Assembly (NCBI GenBank): GCA_021801355.1
Contig: JAJYYB010000010.1
Coordinates: 104,272-128,271 of the forward strand
Direction: 5' to 3'
Origin: Candidatus Micrarchaeota archaeon
Lineage (GTDB): Archaea > Micrarchaeota > Micrarchaeia > Micrarchaeales > Micrarchaeaceae
Length of the DNA: 24,000 nt
Shown piece after piece: positions 6,263 through 12,632 of this stretch. Under the pieces are notes generated by a model, which was not told the origin of the DNA, ran no database searches, and saw only the letters and a list, made by a program, of their open reading frames with translations. The position numbers were made by a program, and so were the translations under genes. Position 1 is the first letter of the stretch. Each line of letters begins with the position of its first letter.

Positions 6263-8241
6263 GCGCTGATGTTGGAGCTTCGCCTTATAAGGCAATGGAG
6301 GGGCAGTTGGTTGCAGCGTTGACCGAAGCTGCGCGGCTCTGCGGCTATCCGACCGAAGAAAACGAAGTCGGGCAGAGCATTGATATGGCTAGGGGATACG
6401 GCGACATATCATCAACGATAGCGCTAAGGATAGGAAAGAAATTGGACAAAAACCCGATTGATATAGCGAACGCCATAGCTTCCAAAACTAAAATGCCGAA
6501 ATGCATTAAGGAGATTACAAAGGAGAACGGGTTCATAAATTTCCATATAGACAGGGAGATTTTCCCTGTACTTGTACTGCCCGAGATATTGAAGCAGAAA
6601 GATTCTTACACAAGGTCCAACTTAGGTAATGGCAAGAAGGCCATAGTAGAATATCCGAGCGTAAATCCTGTGCACCCTTGGCATGTGGGCCAAGTAAGGA
6701 GCGCGCTCTTGGGCGACACTGTGGCAAACATAATGGAGCGTTGCGGCTACATCACCGAAAGGATAGACTATATCGATGATTTGGGGCTTCAGGTCGCAGA
6801 AGTAATTTGGGGATGGCTGCATCCTGGCGTGCTGAATGACTACATACAGGGCGAAGACCTGAAGTCGATAGACCTGCTCTTGGGGCTTAGCAAGCCGAAC
6901 CTCACGACACCGAAAGACGGGAAAGGCAAAAGGGTCGACTACATTATAGGAGAGATTTATGTTGCCGTAAACAAGTACATGAACGACCATAAGATAGACG
7001 ATCAGGTGAAGGACGTGCTCAAGCTGATGGAGCAGCCGGGCACTAGGGAAGCGAAGCTGGCGAGGAGCATAGCAGAATATTACGTCAGGGCGGAGTACGA
7101 AACGGCTTTCGCGTACAACATGTACCATAGCGCGCTCATATGGGAGAGCGATATAATCAGGGACCGCATGCTAGAGAGAGCGCTCGATAAGCTCAAGGGC
7201 AGCAAGATCGTGAAGGTCGCTACCGATGAGAAGTACGCAAACTGCCTGGTTATAGATTTCAATTCTGTTGAGAACCTGCCGCAAGAATTCAAGGGCCTCA
7301 AGGAGGAGGTCAAGGTGTTAATAAGGAGCAACGGGACACCAAACTATCTAGCGAAGGATATAGCGTTCCACATGTGGAAATTCGGCATAATACCGAGCTC
7401 CTTCACGTACACTAAATTCATTGATAAGCAGCCGAACGGAGTCGCCCTTTATACCACAGGCGCAGAGGGGGCGCAGATGGACTTCGGTGACGCTTCAATA
7501 GCCGTGAACACGATAGACTCAAGGCAGAGTTACGAACAAGCACTTGTCAGACTTGCAATAAAAGAGACCGGGTATCCGCAAAAAGCCTCTGGATTCAAGC
7601 ACCTCGCCTACGGCATCGTAGAACTTGAGAGCGGCGCGCTGGCAGGCAGGAAGGGCACCTGGATTGGTTATACTGCGGATGACCTCCTTAGGGAGGCCAG
7701 AGAGAAGGCGCTTTCGCTCATAGGGGAGAGGTTCAAGCTAAGCGATGAAGAGAAGGTTGGGATAGCAAACGAAACTGCTTTATCCGCAATAAAATTCGAG
7801 TTCCTGAGGCTTTCTTCGGAGAAGAACTTAGTGTTTTCATGGGAGAGGGCATTGAACTTTGAGGGTAATTCGGGCCCTTATTGCGAGTACATGTATGCGC
7901 GTTCGACAAGGATCATGGAGAATGCGGGCGTGAAGGATGGTGCGCTCGGCATGGCGGAATTCGCACTGCTGAACAGCGAGATAGAATTCGAGCTAATAAA
8001 GAAGATGTCGATTGCAAAGGACATACTCGAGAAGTCATGCAACGAATACAAGCCCAACATGATAGTCGAGTATATGTGCGAGTTAGCGCTGCTCTTCGGA
8101 AAGTTCTATGAGCAGAAGCAGGTGCTCAAAGCAACCACGGATGCTGAGAGGGTGGCGAGGCTGGCAATTGTGGAGTGCTTCAGGACGGTCATGCAAGGCA
8201 TGTTCAGGGCATGCGGCGTAAATCCAATCAATAGGATGTGA
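6259..8241 (+). CDS. argS: Arginyl-tRNA synthetase
   Basis: VEYPSVNPVHPWHVGQVRSALLGD is the HIGH region. LIRSNGTPNYLAKDIAF is the ArgRS omega-loop motif. A DALR anticodon-binding C-terminus ends in ...GVNPINRM, the typical terminal Met. The start is ambiguous. TTG at 6259 overlaps the nnr stop (TTGA, 4-nt overlap), while the first ATG is at 6295 (MEGQLVAAL...). Confidence 0.9.
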   Translation: MSADVGASPYKAMEGQLVAALTEAARLCGYPTEENEVGQSIDMARGYGDISSTIALRIGKKLDKNPIDIANAIASKTKMPKCIKEITKENGFINFHIDREIFPVLVLPEILKQKDSYTRSNLGNGKKAIVEYPSVNPVHPWHVGQVRSALLGDTVANIMERCGYITERIDYIDDLGLQVAEVIWGWLHPGVLNDYIQGEDLKSIDLLLGLSKPNLTTPKDGKGKRVDYIIGEIYVAVNKYMNDHKIDDQVKDVLKLMEQPGTREAKLARSIAEYYVRAEYETAFAYNMYHSALIWESDIIRDRMLERALDKLKGSKIVKVATDEKYANCLVIDFNSVENLPQEFKGLKEEVKVLIRSNGTPNYLAKDIAFHMWKFGIIPSSFTYTKFIDKQPNGVALYTTGAEGAQMDFGDASIAVNTIDSRQSYEQALVRLAIKETGYPQKASGFKHLAYGIVELESGALAGRKGTWIGYTADDLLREAREKALSLIGERFKLSDEEKVGIANETALSAIKFEFLRLSSEKNLVFSWERALNFEGNSGPYCEYMYARSTRIMENAGVKDGALGMAEFALLNSEIEFELIKKMSIAKDILEKSCNEYKPNMIVEYMCELALLFGKFYEQKQVLKATTDAERVARLAIVECFRTVMQGMFRACGVNPINRM

Positions 8242-8263
8242 AGGGACGGGCCCAAAACGAAAA

Positions 8264-8271
8264 TTTATAAA
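8264..8271 (+). promoter_or_regulatory. TATA box (TTTATAAA) with a purine-rich BRE-like stretch (cgaaaa) for tRNA-Arg
   Basis: The TATA box ends 29 nt upstream of the first tRNA nucleotide (8301). This is the canonical archaeal spacing. Confidence 0.5.
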
Positions 8272-8300
8272 CCTGAATCGGCTAATAGAATGGTGTTTAC

Positions 8301-8411
8301 GGGCCCGTAGCTCAGTTTGGATAGAGCAGCATCCTCCTAAGGTGATGGTCGCGGGTTCAAAGTTGTCTTTTCATTAAAAATGCTTAAGCAATGAAAATCC
8401 CGCCGGGCCCG
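8301..8411 (+). tRNA. tRNA-Arg (anticodon CCU) interrupted by a 36-nt non-canonical intron in the T-loop
   Basis: I folded it by hand. The acceptor is GGGCCCG/CGGGCCC with discriminator G. The D-arm is GCTC-AGTTTGGATA-GAGC. The anticodon arm is GCATC-CTCCTAA-GGTGA, with U33, anticodon CCT, A37 and one G27-A43 mismatch. The variable loop is TGGTC. The T-stem is GCGGG (8351-8355) / CCCGC (8399-8403). The T-loop TTCAAA|T is split by gttgtcttttcattaaaaatgcttaagcaatgaaaa (about 8362-8397), which contains an 8-bp internal helix ttttcatt/aatgaaaa. Mature length is 75 nt and CCA is not encoded. The intron borders are ambiguous by 1-2 nt because of flanking A residues. Confidence 0.78.
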
Positions 8412-8427
8412 TTTACAACGTGATTGG

Positions 8428-9522
8428 ATGGAAGGTTCTAAGACTCAAAAGATGCGCGGCGCGAAAGAACCGGTCTTCGTAATAAAGCCGGCGTTCAAGC
8501 GGTTCGGCTTGGACAACTTGCACATAGCGCTGATTGCATTAGTAATCATATTGGTAGCGCTCGCGTTCGCTCTGTCTACTTTCAAGCTAGGCCCGATAGT
8601 GTACAACTGCCCTTACGGGGTGATTAACACTACAAACCAGTCAAGCCAGCTAAATTGCATAACGCCTAAGTATAACCAATCCCAGGCGCTTTCGGCTGCA
8701 GAGAGCATAATAGCGAGCTATGGCTCGGTCAACTCATCCGAGGCGATACTGCCCTATTATTCTCTGGTTAACGAGGCCAACATTTCCTACATAAACAGAA
8801 CGAACGAATGGCTCGTTTCGATACCTTATGTACTGCCTGCCAGTTACGGTTCCTCCAACGGACCATATGGGATCTCGCTCCTGCTTTCAGGCGATAATCT
8901 TTCTTTGATATCGGCTTACCTGCTGACCCACAAGCCTGCATCTTACACTACTGACAAAACCATCGCGCTCGGCGTAGTCGATGTGAACACTGCGACGCCT
9001 GCCACATCAAAGCCGCCGTTCCCGGTCTACGCGATCGTGGACCCTTACGAGCCAGGCGCGATATCAAGCCTTTTCACAGCAGTAAATGCCTCCAAACTTT
9101 ATGGGAACAGGATAAACATGAGTTATAAGTTCATATACACTCCAGAGTACGGTGAGCGGTTCTACAGCAGTGTCGGCATAAACGACACCCAACTTCTTGG
9201 ATATTACCTGTTTTGTGGAGCGAACCAGAGGAACTTCTACGGGTTCCTGAAGAACCTAAGTATAGAGTATATCGGGACGCCGCTCAGCAACCTTACACTG
9301 TATGAAACTGCAGTTGGTTCAGGGCTCAATGTGAGCTCATTGAACGCTTGCTTCGGCCCAGCTTACAACAATGCGACGCAAAAGCTGGATGCGCAGGTAT
9401 ATCTCGTAGACTACTACGGAATAACGCAGACGCCTGCGTTCCTGGTAAACGATAAGTACCTAACTTTGCCGCAGACGCTTAACGAGGCCATAAATTACGT
9501 ACTCAACACGACTGCGAAGTAG
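8428..9522 (+). CDS. Membrane-anchored or exported putative glycoprotein with a C-terminal DsbA-like thioredoxin-fold domain that lacks the CXXC active site
   Basis: The 364-aa ORF has an N-terminal TM/signal anchor (LHIALIALVIILVALAFALSTF). I counted about 15 N-x-S/T sequons by eye. The C-terminal region aligns by eye with the DsbA/Thioredoxin_4 pattern: VYAIVDPYEPGAISSLF (the CXXC position reads EPGA), YYLFCGANQRNFYGFLKNL, LNVSSLNACFGP and YGITQTPAFLVNDKY (compare GV-x-GTPTFF[IV]NG). Confidence 0.6.
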   Translation: MEGSKTQKMRGAKEPVFVIKPAFKRFGLDNLHIALIALVIILVALAFALSTFKLGPIVYNCPYGVINTTNQSSQLNCITPKYNQSQALSAAESIIASYGSVNSSEAILPYYSLVNEANISYINRTNEWLVSIPYVLPASYGSSNGPYGISLLLSGDNLSLISAYLLTHKPASYTTDKTIALGVVDVNTATPATSKPPFPVYAIVDPYEPGAISSLFTAVNASKLYGNRINMSYKFIYTPEYGERFYSSVGINDTQLLGYYLFCGANQRNFYGFLKNLSIEYIGTPLSNLTLYETAVGSGLNVSSLNACFGPAYNNATQKLDAQVYLVDYYGITQTPAFLVNDKYLTLPQTLNEAINYVLNTTAK

Positions 9523-9536
9523 GCGCGAATGGTTTA

Positions 9537-9838
9537 ATGTGCATAATAGTAGGCGTTGACCCTGGCAAAACAGTTGGAATAGCATGCATATCGCTTGACG
9601 GAAACTTGGTTTACAGCCCCCACCGGACATTCGCCGGAATCGGATGGGCGGTAAGCGAGATAAGCACGCTTACGTGGCTGCGCTGAAGGCTTACAATGCT
9701 TATGCGAACAAGCTCAACCAAGCTGAACACATAGCCAGGGAGAGCAATGTTGCTGACATAGATATCGTCAAATCCGGGGTGATAAGCCGATATCCGATAA
9801 ATGAAGCTACACTGAATAAAAAATTTAACAGGAGATAA
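9537..9838 (+). pseudogene. Decayed remnant of a DUF460/COG2433-type RNase H-fold protein gene, frameshifted and internally deleted
   Basis: Fragment A (ATG 9537 to TGA 9686) reads MCIIVGVDPGKTVGIACISLDGNLVYSP..., matching the IVG[IV]DPG-x-T-x-GIA-x-LDL-x-G N-terminus of the family as I remember it. Fragment B is in another frame, open from 9599, and is the track ORF 9644-9838. It reads GGKRDKHAYVAALKAYNAYANKL, matching the H-E-R-D-A-L-A-A-A-L-K-A-Y motif region. Only about 100 of the more than 500 codons expected for this family remain. Confidence 0.5.
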
Positions 9839-9873
9839 TAGCATTAGGCTAATCGCTTGCCATCTATCCCTGT

Positions 9874-9881
9874 ATTTTAAA
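9874..9881 (+). promoter_or_regulatory. TATA-like box (ATTTTAAA) for tRNA-Glu
   Basis: The box ends 26 nt upstream of the first tRNA nucleotide (9908). Confidence 0.45.
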
Positions 9882-9907
9882 CTTTTCGCACCAAATAGGT
9901 TACTGCA

Positions 9908-9982
9908 GCTCTGATCGTCTAGTCCGGTCAAGGACACGGCCCTCTCAAGGCCGGAACTCGGGTTCAAATCCCGATCAGAGCA
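9908..9982 (+). tRNA. tRNA-Glu (anticodon CUC)
   Basis: I folded it by hand. The acceptor is GCTCTGA/TCAGAGC with discriminator A. The D-arm is GTCT-AGTCCGGTCAA-GGAC. The anticodon arm is CGGCC-CTCTCAA-GGCCG (U33, CTC, A37). The variable loop is GAAC. The T-arm is TCGGG-TTCAAAT-CCCGA. All stems pair fully apart from one G-U. It is 75 nt, with no intron and no encoded CCA. Confidence 0.9.
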
Positions 9983-10129
9983 TTTCCAATTTGCGAGCAC
10001 AAGCCAGGGTTCGAATAGGGAGGAACCCGCCAATTCCTCAAGCCCAAAACTAGCAAAAGGGGGGTTCGATTACAGCTCATTCCTGAAGCTCATTTTTGAT
10101 ATATGTGTCGATATTGGATTGTGTCTGTG

Positions 10130-10900
10130 TCAACGCTTACCGTATTTCCTGTAAAGCAGGTATGAGAGATTGCCTACCAGAAGTACTATAAGCAACGGAT
10201 ATGCAAGTCCAAGATAGGCGAAGACCAGATATAAAACTGCAAGCGACGCCCCATAGGCAAGTTGGGCGTAATTATTGTGCGGCGAGGTTTTGGGCTCTAT
10301 TAGCATCACAAATGCAAAGAAAAAGTTTATACTGAAGAGAATCGAGACCGCAGTTGCAAGAGATAGCTGGCTTGCATTCGTTATGATGTATAGAAAGAAG
10401 CTCACTACAACAAACGATATTGCGGTAGGCAGGCGTCTTGCCTCATATGCCAATATGATAAGTACAGGGGTTAGAGTTATTGCAATCCCATATATGTTGT
10501 AATTGCTCGCTACCCACCACTCATCTCCGAGACCGAAGAGAGGCAGGGCCGCTATCATGCCTAGCGTCGCAGGGTTGAATATGTTTGTGCTTTTGTACTG
10601 GATGAAGAATTTTGATGCTACTGCGATTAACGAGGCAATTATGATTAGCAGGATAGGCGCATTTATCGGGACTACGGAACCGATTATCAGTCCAGTAATG
10701 AGACCAGAATATGGTATCTTAAATGCATGCTTTAGGTAGTATTTTCTTATCAGGATTTCCATTATGCCAGAAGCGATGATAGCTGATATTAGGGCTAGTG
10801 GAAAAGTATGCAGCGTGTAGCTTGAGATTATTGCAAGTGCAGAAAGCAGTACGATTGCCCAGATGTACATTGAGCTGACTGGCTGGCCTAGTATTTTCAT
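10130..10900 (-). CDS. Polytopic membrane protein of the RnfD/NqrB-like (NQR2_RnfD_RnfE) family, short form
   Basis: The 256-aa ORF has about 8 predicted TM segments. The motif KSTNIFNPATLGMIAALPLFGLGDEWW resembles the conserved H-[IL]-FNPA-[LA]-x-G-R...W block of RnfD/NqrB. It is the last gene of a tightly spaced three-gene unit, with a 7-nt gap to the upstream gene. Confidence 0.5.
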   Translation of the reverse strand: MKILGQPVSSMYIWAIVLLSALAIISSYTLHTFPLALISAIIASGIMEILIRKYYLKHAFKIPYSGLITGLIIGSVVPINAPILLIIIASLIAVASKFFIQYKSTNIFNPATLGMIAALPLFGLGDEWWVASNYNIYGIAITLTPVLIILAYEARRLPTAISFVVVSFFLYIITNASQLSLATAVSILFSINFFFAFVMLIEPKTSPHNNYAQLAYGASLAVLYLVFAYLGLAYPLLIVLLVGNLSYLLYRKYGKR

Positions 10901-10907
10901 GGCATCA

Positions 10908-11381
10908 TTAGGCGGCTACATAACCGTTAGGGTCTACCAGAACGAACCCATCATCTCCAAGGGATGAGTCGAAGTGGTATCCGTCGTCGCCAAATGTGGC
11001 CTCTATTATGTAGAGTTTGTAGCCTGGCTTGATTATCAGTATATGGCTTTGGTTCGTAGCCGTGAGGGAGAGTTTTACTTCTGAAGAGCTATTTTGCAAT
11101 TGGATTGATGTTATATTGAATCCAGCAAGAGCCGAAGCAGCTTGCTGGGAGATGGGCTCCGGGTATATCTGGTACGAGTACGGTGCATATTGGGTATTGG
11201 CAAATAGTACTTTTGATGAGTTTGTGCTCGTCTGATTTGACGGTGCGGCCTGCTGGCTATTCTGCGAATTTATTAGTGTACCGGAAGTTCCTTGATGACC
11301 GACTAATATGAATGCAAATGCGCCAACTATTAGTGCAAGTATAAGTATGCCCCCTATTAATTTTGTATTCATATGGATCAC
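10908..11381 (-). CDS. Hypothetical exported or membrane-anchored protein
   Basis: The 157-aa ORF has an N-terminal anchor (KLIGGILILALIVGAFAFILV) followed by a Ser/Asn/Gln-rich linker with sequons (NQT, NSS, NIT, NSS, NQS) and a beta-rich C-terminus. The start may instead be the second Met (MNTK, 11372). I recognise no family. Confidence 0.5.
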   Translation of the reverse strand: MIHMNTKLIGGILILALIVGAFAFILVGHQGTSGTLINSQNSQQAAPSNQTSTNSSKVLFANTQYAPYSYQIYPEPISQQAASALAGFNITSIQLQNSSSEVKLSLTATNQSHILIIKPGYKLYIIEATFGDDGYHFDSSLGDDGFVLVDPNGYVAA

Positions 11382-11402
11382 TTACCGCATTGAACTATTA
11401 AA

Positions 11403-11927
11403 TCATACAGGACTGAACTCTGCTAGTTTCTTCCACCATTTTATTCTTTTCTCGATATAATAATCTATCGAGTATTTACTTGGTCCATACTTAGCGTTTA
11501 TAAGTATGAGAGCGAGGAAGACAAAAGCGTATATCACCCCTGTACCTATATCTGTAGAACCTGGACCGTACGGACCCCCGAAACCTTCTGGTACGGACCA
11601 TATTATTAAACTCAATAGGATTCCAGCTGTATACGTTATCTTCCTCAGGCTTCCAGAGATTAACGCTATGCCTAACAGTAGTTCGCCACCACCTATAAGA
11701 TAAACCCAAATAGCCGGATTTTGACTTACGACACCTGCCCAAAAGTTAAACCATGGCATGAGCCATGCGGGCTGGCCCTGACCTGCAGCCTGAACCAATT
11801 GCGGGAATACTGATACCATGCCAGGCTGGAACTTTAATGACCCATCAATGACCCACACAAAGCCAAAGACTACCCTCATAAAGATTTTCAGTCCTTCGCT
11901 GTTCCTGTATAACCAGTGTTCTTTCAT
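11403..11927 (-). CDS. DoxX-like family integral membrane protein (putative)
   Basis: The 174-aa ORF has 4 TM segments. Its pattern FMRVVFGFVWVIDGSLKF ... GGGELLLGIALISG ... resembles the DoxX/DoxD small membrane protein architecture, with the R-x-x-x-G...G-x-x-K and E-x-x-x-G motifs. A TTAAATAT box lies about 30-39 nt upstream on the coding strand. Confidence 0.45.
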   Translation of the reverse strand: MKEHWLYRNSEGLKIFMRVVFGFVWVIDGSLKFQPGMVSVFPQLVQAAGQGQPAWLMPWFNFWAGVVSQNPAIWVYLIGGGELLLGIALISGSLRKITYTAGILLSLIIWSVPEGFGGPYGPGSTDIGTGVIYAFVFLALILINAKYGPSKYSIDYYIEKRIKWWKKLAEFSPV

Positions 11928-12076
11928 AAAAAGCCCCTAATAGGCTAACTTTTCTTACATATTTAACTTGCCGGGTATAAAAAATTATACCTGCACTTGC
12001 TATTAAAATGTATGATGGATGGGGCTGATTACAGGTTATCCGTCATTATAAGTTAACAAATGGAAAAGGATTAGAA

Positions 12077-12577
12077 TCAAGCTTCCTCTGTCAGGTCGGC
12101 TCCTTCATCATCGAATTCTGCTGTCTCGAAGTCCTCTGGACCGTATTCCTCGAATTCGGTAGAGCCAGGGACATCTACGAATTGCGGCCCTCTTTTTGCG
12201 TTTTCACGGGCCTCTTCAGCTGCAGCCACGTGCCGATGCTGGTAGATGTTCATTGCTAAATATACTGCGCCGAGACCAACTGCCACAGGGAATGCAACTG
12301 TGGCCACGACTACCGTAGCAGCGCTGCTTGCAGCCCCGGCTGCTATAGCGAGCGAACCGAGCGCTGCAAGAGAGACTGGCCGCTTGTTTTTATTGTACAC
12401 TCTTGCAAAGTCCTCTTCCCTCTTAGCTATCGCGTTTTGCTCCTTCTTGTACTCGGCTTCATAATCAGAATCAGAGTACTTCTTTGATGCGCGCTGCCTG
12501 AGCAGATGCTCGTCAGTATAGTTGCGTTGAGCGTTTGTCGATTCTTTTTTCGTCTTCTCGGCCTCCATGATTACCAT
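12077..12577 (-). CDS. Hypothetical single-pass (or hairpin) membrane protein with a charged N-terminus and an acidic C-terminal tail
   Basis: The 166-aa ORF has an Ala/Gly/Val-rich hydrophobic core (LAALGSLAIAAGAASSAATVVVATVAFPVAVGLGAVYLAMNI). This is flanked by a Lys/Glu-rich N-terminus and a C-terminus rich in D/E/F (EFEEYGPEDFETAEFDDEGADLTEEA). A CTATATAC box lies about 34-41 nt upstream. I recognise no family. Confidence 0.45.
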   Translation of the reverse strand: MVIMEAEKTKKESTNAQRNYTDEHLLRQRASKKYSDSDYEAEYKKEQNAIAKREEDFARVYNKNKRPVSLAALGSLAIAAGAASSAATVVVATVAFPVAVGLGAVYLAMNIYQHRHVAAAEEARENAKRGPQFVDVPGSTEFEEYGPEDFETAEFDDEGADLTEEA

Positions 12578-12632
12578 CGTTATTTACGTTAATTTAATGG
12601 AACTACGTGTATATAGCGCTTCCGTGTAAGCT

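Noticed and set aside
6830-6960. Extra length in ArgRS (660 aa) that might indicate an intein or mobile insertion.
   Set aside because: The extra residues (HPGVLNDYIQGEDLKSIDLLLGLSKPNLTTPKDGKGKRVDY...) form a short, hydrophilic loop-like insertion. There are no intein splice-junction residues or endonuclease motifs.
9611-10033. A 140-aa minus-strand ORF.
   Set aside because: It runs antisense through the well-formed tRNA-Glu gene (9908-9982) and the decayed DUF460-like fragments. It has no promoter or motif support.
10003-10075. A second tRNA gene or a split-tRNA 3' half downstream of tRNA-Glu, suggested by the GGGTTCGAAT-like segments.
   Set aside because: Neither segment has a complementary T-stem (CAGGG/AGGGA and GGGGG/ACAGC do not pair). 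No acceptor or anticodon arm can be built on either strand. I kept it only as a low-interest scar hypothesis.
11974-11991. The palindrome GGTATAAAAAATTATACC, considered as a stand-alone feature (a terminator for the 12077 gene or a protein-binding site).
   Set aside because: It may simply be a symmetric TATA-rich promoter/terminator region. The T-run sits in the loop rather than after the stem, and a better-placed TTAAATAT box exists for the downstream gene. I mention it only within the membrane-operon finding.
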